From IMG/VR virus record IMGVR_UViG_3300027895_000003: a stretch of 36,912 nt of DNA. One strand, given 5' to 3'. Shown here one piece after another: positions 15,290-24,447 of this stretch. Origin of the DNA: a virus. Under the pieces are notes generated by a model. That model was given only the letters and a program-made list of their open reading frames with translations. It did no database searches and had not been told where the DNA came from. How positions within the stretch are numbered: position 1 is the first letter of the stretch; every line of letters starts with the position of its first letter. The position numbers and the translations under genes are program-made.

Positions 15290-15310
15290 AGTTCGTACCT
15301 CCTTTGGACC

Positions 15311-15339
15311 ACTTTAGTCCACCGCAAGTACACTTGCAA
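15311..15339 (-). promoter_or_regulatory. Candidate promoter (-35 TTGCAA, 17-nt spacer, -10 TAAAGT) overlapping the palindrome GCAAGTACACTTGC (15324..15337)
   Basis: Read on the minus strand: -35 at 15334..15339 and -10 at 15311..15316. The operon-start gene with the strong SD follows. Confidence 0.4.
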
Positions 15340-15619
15340 GCCCTTTTCTTCGCACCAGCCAGCCCTGGGCGTAGCTGTACTCGGGGTGGTCGTGGATCAA
15401 GCGGTGGTCCTCGGCGCAGACTGCCAGGAGGTTGTCCAGGTCGTTCTTGCCGCCCTGGGAGCGGCGGAGGCGGTGGTGCGGGTGGACGGCCGGGGCTGAG
15501 CGGCAGACCTCGCAGACGCCGCCCGAGCGCGCCCAGAGCGCTGGTAGGACCTCTTGGAGCTCGTCGAGGTAGGCGCGACGCTTGTCCGAGATCGCTTTGA
15601 GGCTCTTGTGGCGTTTCAC
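15314..15619 (-). CDS. HNH endonuclease (101 aa)
   Basis: CEVCRS...HPHHRLRRSQGG...NLLAVCAEDHRLIH is a canonical HNH/zinc-finger motif. The GTG 15619 start overlaps the upstream stop (GTGA). Confidence 0.75.
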   Translation of the reverse strand: MKRHKSLKAISDKRRAYLDELQEVLPALWARSGGVCEVCRSAPAVHPHHRLRRSQGGKNDLDNLLAVCAEDHRLIHDHPEYSYAQGWLVRRKGLASVLAVD

Positions 15620-15750
15620 CGTGGCAGCTTCATGTAGTGGTGGCACCCCATTCGCTTGCACTTGAAGGTCACGTAGTTAGAACCACCGCTCCAACGTTCC
15701 ATGCGGGGCCCAGCGAACTTGCACCACCATGACCTATGCATCCACATCAT
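15616..15750 (-). CDS. Cys/His/Trp-rich micro-protein (44 aa): MMWMHRSWWCKFAGPRMERWSGGSNYVTFKCKRMGCHHYMKLPR
   Basis: TGATG coupling to ERF and GTGA coupling to HNH. It is below the ORF-track cutoff. Confidence 0.45.
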   Translation of the reverse strand: MMWMHRSWWCKFAGPRMERWSGGSNYVTFKCKRMGCHHYMKLPR

Positions 15751-16397
15751 CACTTGAGCAGGTCTATCGCTGCGCCGGCCTGGGACTTCGACAGCTTGTG
15801 GATCGAGCCGGGCCACGGGCCGACGTTCTGCTCCATCCACTGTTGGCCCGCGGCTCCGTCCCCTATCCCGTTGTCGTCGAGCAGCTTCTTGAGGTAGCCG
15901 ATCTGCTTGGCGCTCGCCAGGTTGGGGTCCGCGGGCACTTCGTCGGGGACGAGTTTGGGCTCCTTGACCTCGCCGGCCACGAACGGGCGCTGTGGGGGTC
16001 GGATCGCCTTCTCGGCGTCGTCGTCCTTGTCGGCGTTGATGCGCAAGATGGCGCACGTCGCGTAGCGGCGCAGATACGTGATTCCCGAGCCTTGTCCCTG
16101 TGGGTCGTTCTTCGCCATGACCAGGGGGGTATCTGACTCCATCCACTCGCCAGACACGTGCCCGAGCAACGAGGCGAGGCCCGGCTGGCCGTCCTCCATG
16201 ACGCAGGGGAACTGGGTGAGCACCAGGCCCACGTTGTGCAGGTACGGGTTGATGGCCTTGTCGATGGCCCCTTGGCTGGCGAACTCGTTGCCGAAGTGGG
16301 GGTTGACCGAGTCCTTGACCACGCTCATCCCTTCGGAGGCGTGGAGGCTGTCGAGCGCCGCGAGCAGGAACTTTATGGACTCAGACTTGCGGATCAT
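15750..16397 (-). CDS. ERF-family single-strand annealing protein (215 aa)
   Basis: ATG 16397 has GGAGG 8 nt upstream. The pattern ..LLGHVSGEWMES......PQGQGSGITYLRRYATCAILRINADKDDD.. matches the ERF core from recall. Confidence 0.6.
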   Translation of the reverse strand: MIRKSESIKFLLAALDSLHASEGMSVVKDSVNPHFGNEFASQGAIDKAINPYLHNVGLVLTQFPCVMEDGQPGLASLLGHVSGEWMESDTPLVMAKNDPQGQGSGITYLRRYATCAILRINADKDDDAEKAIRPPQRPFVAGEVKEPKLVPDEVPADPNLASAKQIGYLKKLLDDNGIGDGAAGQQWMEQNVGPWPGSIHKLSKSQAGAAIDLLK

Positions 16398-16617
16398 CGG
16401 TCGCCTCCAACACAAAGGTAGACGTGCCCAGGATCTCGGTCTGGGGGCACTTGAAGTAACGCGCCAGGGCGCGGAGGTGCTTGGGACGGATCGGCTCGTA
16501 GCCGAGCGCGTAGCGCGTCAGCTGGCTCGGGTGGATGCCGATCTTGGCTGCGATCTTGTAGGCGGCCACGTCGGCCTCGAGGAGCTTCACCTTGAGGTTG
16601 GTGATCGTGCGCTCCAC
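16381..16617 (-). CDS. XRE/Cro-CI-type HTH regulator (78 aa), apparently leaderless
   Basis: The HTH segment is VAAYKIAAKIGIHPSQLTRYALGYEP. The GTG start lies 6 nt after a near-consensus -10 element. Confidence 0.65.
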   Translation of the reverse strand: MERTITNLKVKLLEADVAAYKIAAKIGIHPSQLTRYALGYEPIRPKHLRALARYFKCPQTEILGTSTFVLEATDDPQV

Positions 16618-16623
16618 GACTCA

Positions 16624-16652
16624 AATATATACGTTTATATTGCGCCGGTCTA
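16624..16652 (-). promoter_or_regulatory. Early promoter candidate: -35 TAGACC, 17-nt spacer, -10 TATATT; overlaps the inverted repeat AATATA-N6-TATATT (16624..16641)
   Basis: This is the only strongly AT-rich stretch I saw in the genome. It lies between the stop of the 1290-aa gene and the XRE start. Confidence 0.5.
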
Positions 16653-19600
16653 GATGTTCGTCGGCGCTGCGATCTCAGGCACGGTCTCCGACGGCGGCAG
16701 GCCGGTCTGCTTGAGCGCCTGGTTGTAGACCGCTTCGAGGTTGGCCGGGCTGATGTTGTAATCGGTCTGTAACGGGTTCGGAACAGAAGCGACATTGCCG
16801 AGTGCGCCGAAGTTGCCGGTCTCGAACGCCTGCTGCGCCGCGGCTGAAGCCGTCGAGTACCGGTCGAGTTCCTGTTGGGCCGCGATCTGCTTGAGGTTGA
16901 TGTGCTGCACCTGGGCGAAGGGGATGTTCAGCGACTCGAAGATGAGCTTGGTGAACGCTGCGGGGTTGGATCGTTGCAGGTCGCGGTACTGCGCGCTGAG
17001 CCCGAACGCGGCGTCCACCGTCGTCAGCTCGGGGACGAACTGCTCCGCTGCGGTCAAGATGTTGCCGCCCGCCGAGGCCTCCTTGGTCCCGTAGAGCTGG
17101 CTGTAGCTGACCGTCGGGTACAGCGTGTTGGAGCCGAAGACGATCTGGGGGTCGACCGCGGCGAAGGGGGCCGAGATCACCGGGTTGAGGGCGGAGATGA
17201 AACCGCCCAGCGTGGCGTAGTTGGCCACGTCACGCAGCGGGTTGAGGGCGCGCACGTCGACGGCACTGACGTTGCCGTTCTGGTCCGGGGTCCCCAAGAA
17301 GAAGAGGTTTTGGATGCGCGTGTAGTAGCCCAGCGCCACGTTGTCGGAGTTCTGGTTGGCCAGGTTCGCCAGGAACATGGCGCGGTAGGGGTGGTCAACC
17401 GGGTACTCGGCCACGTAGGTGAGCACGTGCTTGGTCCACCCGTAGAACGGCATGATCGTCGTCAGCGTGTTGCGCTCGAAGGGCGACATGGCGGACAGGT
17501 TGCCCATCGTCCGGTTGGCGGCGCGCATCCCTTCCTCCTGCGCTCGTGCGTCGGTCATCTCCAAGCGTTCGCCCGTCTCGGGGTCGACGTAGAAGCCGCG
17601 CCCCTCCGCTTTCGCCGCGCCGTCGAGGTAGACGAGAGTGCGCTGCATGTCGGTCATCAGGTTGGTCAATTTGAAGACCATTTGGGGGATGACCTGGAGG
17701 TAGCTGGTCATCTTGGAAGGGTCCAAGCCCAGCTCTTCGATCTTCTGCTGCATCCAGTGGTACGCCATCGTCTTGCCGGCGGCGTCGTGGAAGGCGATGG
17801 CGCCCATCGACTCGGGCTTGTCGAAGCCGATCTGCGTCGACGTGGTGTGGATCGACGCCCGGAAGTCGGGGTCGCGCATCATCCGGATGGCGTCGGGGAT
17901 GAAGCGGAAGCTGGTCGGGTGGCGCAGCGCCAAGAGGAACGTGCCACCGAAGCCGATGTGGGCGATGAAGCGCGGCGAGTAGCCCAGCACCGCGGTGCGG
18001 AACACCTGGGTCGCCTTGGACAGGCCGCCGCTCGGGTCCATCTGGTTGCGGTCCACGATCTGCTGGAGCCCGTCGACCATTTCCTTAGGCATCCACAGCG
18101 TCTCACCGCCTTTGATGTGCTTGGACGAGATCCCGAAGCGCGCGTCGGGGTCGAACTTGACCAGTCCCCATTCCGATTCGAGGACGCGGGCGAGCGATGC
18201 CTCGTCGCTGGCCAGCGCGCGCATGTCGGGGTGCATCTTGGCGAGGATGGCTTCGAGGTCGGCCTGCTTGTAGGCGTGGCCGGGGATCACGATGTCGTCG
18301 ATGAACTCCGCGTTGGCGTCTCGGCTGACCTGTTGCCACATGGCCTTGGAGAAGCCGGCGTGGATGTCGTAGACGGTGTTGCGCATGTCGAGCATCCGAC
18401 TGGTGGCCGAGTCGACGCTCTGGTGGGTCAGCGGTTGGATGCGGATGTGGTACTCGCCGTAGCCGCCCTCGGCCTCCTTGGAGGTGACGTTGGGGACCCA
18501 GTGCGGCACGAAGCCCTGGGCGCGCAGCGACTCGATCTCGCTCTTGGCGTCCTCCATCGCCCGGTTGATCTCACCGGGGCTGAGCATCCCGGCGAAGACG
18601 CTCGTCGCGCTGGCCTTGGTGTGCGCCATGATGATCCCGATCATCCGCGTCGGGTCCTCTCGGAACTCCTTCTCGGCCTCTGCGGTTATGGCGCCGTCGT
18701 TCTTCATCTGCGCCACCGCCTTGGCGACCGCGACCTTGCCCTCTTCTGACTTGGCGAGGTTCTGCACCTGGAGGCGGATGGCGAGCGGCTGCCAGTTGGC
18801 GGCTGGGTTGTCGCGGAAGTCCTTGTCGAACTGCTTGGTCGCCTTGGCGTAGGCGTCGATCTTCTTGTGCAGGCCTCCCTTGGTGATCGCCTTGCTCAAC
18901 GCGTCCTCGTCGCGCTTGCGGCTCCTGGCGTACTTGTAGAGGTTGTCGGCCAGGTCGCGCGAGGTGGCGAAGAGAGGACTGACGCGGACCGGGGCCTGGA
19001 GACCGGTGTTCAGCGGATCAGGCGCGAGCAGGTCGCCCGAGATCGACTTGTTCTTGAACTTCTTGGACAGCTTGAGGGTCAGCGTTCGCATGGCGTCGAA
19101 GTCCTTGGACTCATACGACGCCATGACCTGGTCGATCAACCCACCTTCACCGTAGATCTCGTTGACCAGCCGGAGCTGCGTGGCGTTGGGTACAGGGCGG
19201 CCGATGAGCTGGGCGATTTGCGCGGGGTCGTCGGTCGCCCCGCGGACCTGTTGGTTGAACTGGCTGAGCTTGTCGAAGGCCGGTTGGGCGACGGTGTCGT
19301 TGGCTTCGATGTTGTCGGCCAGGCGGTCCGAGACCTTGGACGCCTTGTCCACCGCGTCGATGCTCGCAGCCAGGCGGTCCTTGGACCGGACTACCTTGTC
19401 GTCGACGCCTTGGGCCACGCGGAACTCGGTCGTGCCGTCGGGCATCTCGACCATCGCTCCTTCACCAGACGCCAGCATCTTCTCCTGCACGAAGTCCATG
19501 ACCTTGAACGTCTGCTTGAAGAACTGCTTCATCTCGGGAGCCAACGCGTCGTTGTTGATGAGCGTCTGGCGGTCGTTGCCTCCGAGCGCCTTGTCCAGCC

Positions 19601-20522
19601 CGGTCCAGATGTCGTAGGCCTGGCGCGCCTGGTCGGGACTGAGCTTGGCGTAGGCCTCGTCCCAGGCCTGTGACATCGACGCGAGGTCGTGGCTGGCGGC
19701 TGAGGTGATCTTGACCATCGACCCGGCCAGATGCGCCTGGTCGCTCCCGGCCATGTGCGTGTTGGCGTAGTGCTTGAGGCGCGTCGAGACCGTGAGGTTG
19801 CCGTACTCGGGTAGGCCGTCGGCGTTTCGGAACAGGCCCTTGGTGCGCGTCGGAAGATTGCCGACTACCTTGCGGGCCAGCGTCAGCGCCCCCACGCCGT
19901 TCTGCGCGTCTTGTCCCAACAGCCGAGAACGGCCCAAGAGGGCTTCGGGGATGCCAGCTCGTTCCGCTATCCCGGCTCCGAGACCGGCCTTGGCCAACAA
20001 GCCGACTCCGGTGTCGGCAAGAGGAAGAACGTCGAGGAAACTGATGAGGGGATGACTGGCGACATTGGACCAGCCGCCTTGCATGTACTCGCCGATAGCA
20101 GCGACTCCGGGTATCCACTGGGCCAATGTGTTCTTCTCGGGGTTCAAGATCCAGTTCGGGTGCTCGACCGTGTTCACCACGCCGTCGACGATGGAGGGGA
20201 TCAGCTTGGTCGGCTGCAGGCCCGTGAAGATGTTCGCCGCGTCATGCTCCACGTTGGAGAAGAAGTGCCCGACCGCGCTGAGCCCTGAACCAGTCGACGG
20301 CGTGTCGGTCGGCAGCGGCGTGACGTTGTTCGGGTTGTCCGCGGCCAAAATGGCGCGCGTGCGCTCGGCCTCTGACATCGGGTAGGTGCCCGAGAGAAGC
20401 CGCTTGGAGTCGAGCTGATAGACGGGATAGATGGCGGACTGCGGGATGCCCTGGGACTTGGCCCAGTTGACCGTCTTATTCCAGGAGGTCTGGAACTCTT
20501 GAACGTTCGACTTGTAGGCCAC
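16650..20522 (-). CDS. Giant virion protein (1290 aa); candidate internal/ejection protein (alternative: atypical tape measure)
   Basis: Single uninterrupted high-GC3 ORF. It is the last gene of the late operon, after three low-complexity proteins. I recognised no enzymatic motif. Confidence 0.5.
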   Translation of the reverse strand: MAYKSNVQEFQTSWNKTVNWAKSQGIPQSAIYPVYQLDSKRLLSGTYPMSEAERTRAILAADNPNNVTPLPTDTPSTGSGLSAVGHFFSNVEHDAANIFTGLQPTKLIPSIVDGVVNTVEHPNWILNPEKNTLAQWIPGVAAIGEYMQGGWSNVASHPLISFLDVLPLADTGVGLLAKAGLGAGIAERAGIPEALLGRSRLLGQDAQNGVGALTLARKVVGNLPTRTKGLFRNADGLPEYGNLTVSTRLKHYANTHMAGSDQAHLAGSMVKITSAASHDLASMSQAWDEAYAKLSPDQARQAYDIWTGLDKALGGNDRQTLINNDALAPEMKQFFKQTFKVMDFVQEKMLASGEGAMVEMPDGTTEFRVAQGVDDKVVRSKDRLAASIDAVDKASKVSDRLADNIEANDTVAQPAFDKLSQFNQQVRGATDDPAQIAQLIGRPVPNATQLRLVNEIYGEGGLIDQVMASYESKDFDAMRTLTLKLSKKFKNKSISGDLLAPDPLNTGLQAPVRVSPLFATSRDLADNLYKYARSRKRDEDALSKAITKGGLHKKIDAYAKATKQFDKDFRDNPAANWQPLAIRLQVQNLAKSEEGKVAVAKAVAQMKNDGAITAEAEKEFREDPTRMIGIIMAHTKASATSVFAGMLSPGEINRAMEDAKSEIESLRAQGFVPHWVPNVTSKEAEGGYGEYHIRIQPLTHQSVDSATSRMLDMRNTVYDIHAGFSKAMWQQVSRDANAEFIDDIVIPGHAYKQADLEAILAKMHPDMRALASDEASLARVLESEWGLVKFDPDARFGISSKHIKGGETLWMPKEMVDGLQQIVDRNQMDPSGGLSKATQVFRTAVLGYSPRFIAHIGFGGTFLLALRHPTSFRFIPDAIRMMRDPDFRASIHTTSTQIGFDKPESMGAIAFHDAAGKTMAYHWMQQKIEELGLDPSKMTSYLQVIPQMVFKLTNLMTDMQRTLVYLDGAAKAEGRGFYVDPETGERLEMTDARAQEEGMRAANRTMGNLSAMSPFERNTLTTIMPFYGWTKHVLTYVAEYPVDHPYRAMFLANLANQNSDNVALGYYTRIQNLFFLGTPDQNGNVSAVDVRALNPLRDVANYATLGGFISALNPVISAPFAAVDPQIVFGSNTLYPTVSYSQLYGTKEASAGGNILTAAEQFVPELTTVDAAFGLSAQYRDLQRSNPAAFTKLIFESLNIPFAQVQHINLKQIAAQQELDRYSTASAAAQQAFETGNFGALGNVASVPNPLQTDYNISPANLEAVYNQALKQTGLPPSETVPEIAAPTNI

Positions 20523-21583
20523 TACGCATTGCTACCTGTCGGGGTAGCCGAAGTCGAGGGCGTCGTGCCGACTCCACCCGCGGCGACGGTCGGTGACACC
20601 AGGCCTCCGCCGACGGCCTGGCCGGTGACGCTCGCGATGAGCTGTTGCAGCCACGCCGGGTCGCCCGTCGAAGACGGCGCTTCGCCACCGTAGATGGTCT
20701 CGTACTGCTGGTGGCTGAGCAGCGCGGCCAAGAGGCTCGCATACGGGCTGGCCGTCTCGGACTCCTTGGCCGCGGGGCCGAGTTGGCCGAGCGCGCTCAT
20801 GATCGAGGGCAGACCGGCGACGGAGTTGTTCAGGTTCCCTGTCCCCGCGACGATGTTCTGGAGGCTATTGACGTAGCCCTGCGTCTCGGGGTTGGCGCTC
20901 ATCTGCTGCGTCGAGCCCATCTGGCCCAACAGGTTGTTCACCTGTGCCTCGGCGTTGGAGAAGTCGTAGGGCTGGGTGACCTGGGTCTGCTGGCCTTGGA
21001 GGTTCTCGGCCAACGCCGGCAGGCCGCTCAAGGCTTTGACGAAGGGGTCTTCGACCTTGGAGAGATCCTGCTGGAGGCTCGGGTAGTCCTTGTCTTGGAA
21101 CTTGCCTTTGACGAGGATCTGCTGGGCCAGCTTGTTGCCGCCGTGGGCCAGCTGGGTCAGCTTGTCGTACTCGTGCGGGCTGAGGTCCTGGGCGTTCTGT
21201 GTGCCGCCGAGCAACAACTCGAGTTGGCGCGACATCTCGTTCTTCGGCTGGACACCGGCGACCGGGCCTTCGGCCTCGGCCTGGCCGACTCCGGTAATCG
21301 TCGCGTTGGGGTCGGCCGCCGAGTAGTCCTGCACATCGCCGTAGGGGTTGGAGGTGACCGCGGTGAAGCGGTAGTCCTTGCCGCTCCAGTCCCCGGTATC
21401 CGCGGTGTCCGCGTCGCTGCTCCCCGTGGCGTCGGGGCGGTCCGCCGTGGTCGGCGCGTAGGGGAGTGAGGTGGCCTTCTTCTTCTTGGTCTTGGGTTGT
21501 GGGCCGACTCCTGCCAGATAGCGGTACTGCTCGGTGTAAGAGGGACCCGATTCTGTGTCGTCTGTGCTGTCGTCGTCAGCCAT
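20522..21583 (-). CDS. Low-complexity Q/G/A/S-rich virion protein (353 aa); ejection-protein candidate
   Basis: Starts MADDDS.. within an ATGGCTGA 8-nt overlap. Assignment rests on composition and position. Confidence 0.45.
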   Translation of the reverse strand: MADDDSTDDTESGPSYTEQYRYLAGVGPQPKTKKKKATSLPYAPTTADRPDATGSSDADTADTGDWSGKDYRFTAVTSNPYGDVQDYSAADPNATITGVGQAEAEGPVAGVQPKNEMSRQLELLLGGTQNAQDLSPHEYDKLTQLAHGGNKLAQQILVKGKFQDKDYPSLQQDLSKVEDPFVKALSGLPALAENLQGQQTQVTQPYDFSNAEAQVNNLLGQMGSTQQMSANPETQGYVNSLQNIVAGTGNLNNSVAGLPSIMSALGQLGPAAKESETASPYASLLAALLSHQQYETIYGGEAPSSTGDPAWLQQLIASVTGQAVGGGLVSPTVAAGGVGTTPSTSATPTGSNA

Positions 21584-22769
21584 TGGATGCTCCCGGTCGA
21601 ATCCCTGGGATCAATGCTGCCAGAGCCTGCTGGTACTGGGCTGCGCTCGGGACGCTCGTCTGCTGCGCCTGGCTCGGGGTCTGGTCAGGGTTCCCTGGGG
21701 CGTTGGACGTGTTGGCCGCGAGGGTCTGGGCGCTGGCGGGGTCCGAGAGGCCGGCCAGGGCGCTCTGGAGGCTCGAGTTGGACATGGAGGTCCCCAAGGT
21801 GGGAATGGACAGGCCAGCGCCCGTAGAGGTCGACGCAGCCTGGTCGGTCAGGGCTTGGGAGGCACCGCTGTCGACGAGTCCCTGGAGGCCGCTGTCGTAG
21901 CCCGAAGAGGCCGAGCCGCCGGGGAAGTTCGTGGTCGGCTGGCCGGCGTCTTGGAGGAAGCTGGTCGCGTAGGCGGCGTTGGCCGCGGGGTTGGACCCCT
22001 CGTACGAGGAGGCTGCAAGTCCAGTTGCGTACTGATTGGGCGTGGCCGTGCCGCTGAGCAAAGCGTTGTAGATGCTCTTCATGTTGGGCTGATCGAGCGT
22101 CTGCGCCTCCGCCTGTGCCCCTTCGGCGAGCGTCGGGTACTCCTGCACGCCTGCCGAGTTGACGGTGCTCGAACCGGCTTCGGGCTCGGAAGTGGCGAGA
22201 GGGTTGTCTTCTGAGCCGGGCATCCCTTCGACCGTCATCTGGTCCTCGAGCAGCTTCTCGTTGCTGGCGGTGTCGGGCAGGCCGGCTTCGGTCAACACGT
22301 CGGCCGCGTACTGGGAGGGGTCGGTCGGGTTCGCGGTGACCCCTGTGCCCGCGTTCGCACCCTTGGTCGCTTGCGAATACCCCGCTGACGGCGCTGCAGC
22401 GGGATGGGAGGGCGCGTACTTCTGCGTCAGTGCCTTCACCTTGGACTCGGGGATGCCCGCCTTGAGCAGCTGCTGGGCGTCGGGGTGAGAGAGCCCGGTG
22501 AGGGCGCCCTCTTCGGCCTGGTCCGCGGTGACCTGCTTGATGAGGCCCTTGAGCTGGCTCGGAGATGCCTTGCCCTCTTCGCCGATGTCGCGGTGCATCT
22601 GGTTGAAGATGGCGTTCTCCTGGGGGGTCAGGCTGTCCGCCGAAGCTTTCGATTTGGGCTTTGCCTTGGGCTTGGCCGCGGGCTTCGCTTTGGCCTTGGG
22701 CTTGGCCTTCGACGGCGGGGAGACGCCGACGGCTCCGAGAACCTTGGCCAGGTTGCCGTCGTCAGCCAA
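21576..22769 (-). CDS. Low-complexity virion protein with an N-terminal (A/P)K repeat (397 aa); ejection-protein candidate
   Basis: Starts at TTG within a TTGGCTGA overlap (MADDGN..). It contains the tract KAKPKAKAKPAAKPKAKPKSKA. Confidence 0.45.
   Translation of the reverse strand: MADDGNLAKVLGAVGVSPPSKAKPKAKAKPAAKPKAKPKSKASADSLTPQENAIFNQMHRDIGEEGKASPSQLKGLIKQVTADQAEEGALTGLSHPDAQQLLKAGIPESKVKALTQKYAPSHPAAAPSAGYSQATKGANAGTGVTANPTDPSQYAADVLTEAGLPDTASNEKLLEDQMTVEGMPGSEDNPLATSEPEAGSSTVNSAGVQEYPTLAEGAQAEAQTLDQPNMKSIYNALLSGTATPNQYATGLAASSYEGSNPAANAAYATSFLQDAGQPTTNFPGGSASSGYDSGLQGLVDSGASQALTDQAASTSTGAGLSIPTLGTSMSNSSLQSALAGLSDPASAQTLAANTSNAPGNPDQTPSQAQQTSVPSAAQYQQALAALIPGIRPGASNG
22644..22709 (-). 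repeat. Hexanucleotide-type repeat encoding the Lys-Ala/Lys-Pro tract (histone H1 / Hlp-tail-like)
   Basis: On the plus strand it reads as repeated GGGCTT/GGCCTT units. Confidence 0.7.
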
Positions 22770-23664
22770 TGGGACTCACCCCCGGCGAGAACAGGTTGAG
22801 GCCGGCCGCGTTACCGACACCCGAGACCTGGGACGGGCTGAGCGAGGTCCCGCCGAGCAAGCCGACCTCGCCGGCCGCGCCCTCTGCGGTCCCGAGCTCG
22901 CCCGAGTAGATGGTCGACAGGCTGTTGAGAAGCTGGGGAAGGGCCTGCTGGTAGTCGAGCCCGGCCTGGGAGAGGCCGTAGCCGAGCTGCTGGGCGACCT
23001 CCTGCTGGTTCAAGCCGTTGGACTGGGCGACCAGGGCCAGGTTCTGCTGCTGGTTGGCGATGTCGGCGGCCGAGTACTGCTGCTGGGCCGTCGTCCCTTG
23101 CTGTTGGAGCTGGCTGAGCTGCTGGGCCCGGTTGATGTCGGCCTGCTGGTACTGATAGTCCTTCGACAAGAGGTTCTGCTGGGTCTTGGCTCCGGTGGTG
23201 TTCGTGGCTCCCTGGGCGGCCAGGTTGCCGGTCAGGCTCTGCTTGTTGGCCCCGTAGTTGAGGGCGGCTTCGGCCAGCTGCTCGGGGTACTGCTGCTGCT
23301 GGATGCCGTATTCCTGCTGCTCGAGGCCCGTCGTCGTGCCGAGAAGTTGCGCCTGTTGCTGCAATCCGAGCCCCTGGAGACCGAGCTGCTGGCCCGAGAT
23401 GCCGAGCTGGGCCTCCTGGTTGGCCGCCTGCTGCTCGAGGTTCGTCCCCGTCAGCCCGTACTGGGCGCCGGCCAGGTTGAACTGGTTCCCCGCCAGAGCC
23501 GCCTGGAGGCTGCTCAGAGCCTGCTGGGGGGCGGTGGCGTCCTCGAGCTGCCCCAGGATGTTCTGGAGCGTGTTGGGGGAGCCTGAGAAGTTCGAGATGT
23601 CGGTCTGGAACTCAGAGACCGGGTTGTTCGCACCGCCGTAGGCGGCGTCGTTGGTCATGCTCAT
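22762..23664 (-). CDS. Gln-rich low-complexity virion protein (300 aa); ejection-protein candidate
   Basis: Contains segments such as LGLQGLGLQQQAQLLG and QQLSQLQQQGTTAQQQ. It is the first gene after a 79-nt gap. Confidence 0.45.
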   Translation of the reverse strand: MSMTNDAAYGGANNPVSEFQTDISNFSGSPNTLQNILGQLEDATAPQQALSSLQAALAGNQFNLAGAQYGLTGTNLEQQAANQEAQLGISGQQLGLQGLGLQQQAQLLGTTTGLEQQEYGIQQQQYPEQLAEAALNYGANKQSLTGNLAAQGATNTTGAKTQQNLLSKDYQYQQADINRAQQLSQLQQQGTTAQQQYSAADIANQQQNLALVAQSNGLNQQEVAQQLGYGLSQAGLDYQQALPQLLNSLSTIYSGELGTAEGAAGEVGLLGGTSLSPSQVSGVGNAAGLNLFSPGVSPIG

Positions 23665-23743
23665 CGGATCGGCCTGCCGGGACGGGGCTTGGGGAAGGTG
23701 CCGATGGGTCTCGGGTCAGGACGACAGGGGCCGGCCGGCTGCA

Positions 23744-24430
23744 CTACCAGCTCCCGTTGACGAGCCACGCGGGGACGTTCGACGTGCCGGTGGAGAAGAA
23801 GTTGGCCTGGTCGGTGAAGGTGCGGCTGAGCGAGATGAGCGAGTCCAGGTTGTTCTGGTACAGGGTGAACTGGTCCTGCCAGCGGGGGTCGGCGTCCTGG
23901 CGCAAGGCGCGATAGACGGCGTAGTCGTAGATCACCGACTCGTATCCGGGCAGGCAGTCGAGCGTGTCGGTCATCAAGGACACCGTGACCGGTTGGCGGT
24001 AGTAGAAGCACTGGAAGATACCGTTCTGCGACGGCACCGGGTACGCCACGATCTGGAGTGACGGCGGCTGGGACCACAGCGTGTAGAGGCTCGGGAAGGC
24101 CCCGGTGTACTGCTGGTAGATGCCCCACACCGCGTCCATCTCGTTGTAGCCCCGGAACTCGAGGCCGTAGGTCTGCATCGAGCCGGTCGGGATGTATTCG
24201 AGGCGGTAGATGCGCAAGATGTCAGAAGGCGCCACGTACTTCTGCGTGTTGGCAATGACTGGCAGAGTGACCAGTTGGCGCAGTGCCTCAGACTTGCGCT
24301 GCACGTCCGCCTGACCCAAGTTGATGTACGCCGTGAGCTGGGCGTCGGTCCACTGCTGAGGCGTCGGCTCGTCGAGGAAGCTGCGCACGTCGCTCAGCGC
24401 ATCGGACAGGGAGGTCCCCGAGTTTCCCAC
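23744..24430 (-). CDS. Virion structural protein (228 aa), head-to-tail/tail-hub associated
   Basis: Good codon bias and a position in the head-completion/tail block. The function is not recognisable from sequence. Confidence 0.45.
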   Translation of the reverse strand: MGNSGTSLSDALSDVRSFLDEPTPQQWTDAQLTAYINLGQADVQRKSEALRQLVTLPVIANTQKYVAPSDILRIYRLEYIPTGSMQTYGLEFRGYNEMDAVWGIYQQYTGAFPSLYTLWSQPPSLQIVAYPVPSQNGIFQCFYYRQPVTVSLMTDTLDCLPGYESVIYDYAVYRALRQDADPRWQDQFTLYQNNLDSLISLSRTFTDQANFFSTGTSNVPAWLVNGSW

Positions 24431-24447
24431 GATCCGATCCTAGGCCC

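Noticed and set aside
16620-16645. The AT-rich palindrome as a dif/XerCD-type site for integrase-independent integration
   Set aside because: It does not match the conserved XerD arm (TTATGT..) of the dif consensus sequences I recall. A promoter/operator reading explains it better.
16650-20522. Calling the 1290-aa protein a tape measure protein
   Set aside because: There is no upstream tail tube or frameshifted chaperone pair and no obvious periodic or TM-rich tape-measure character. It is kept as an alternative only.
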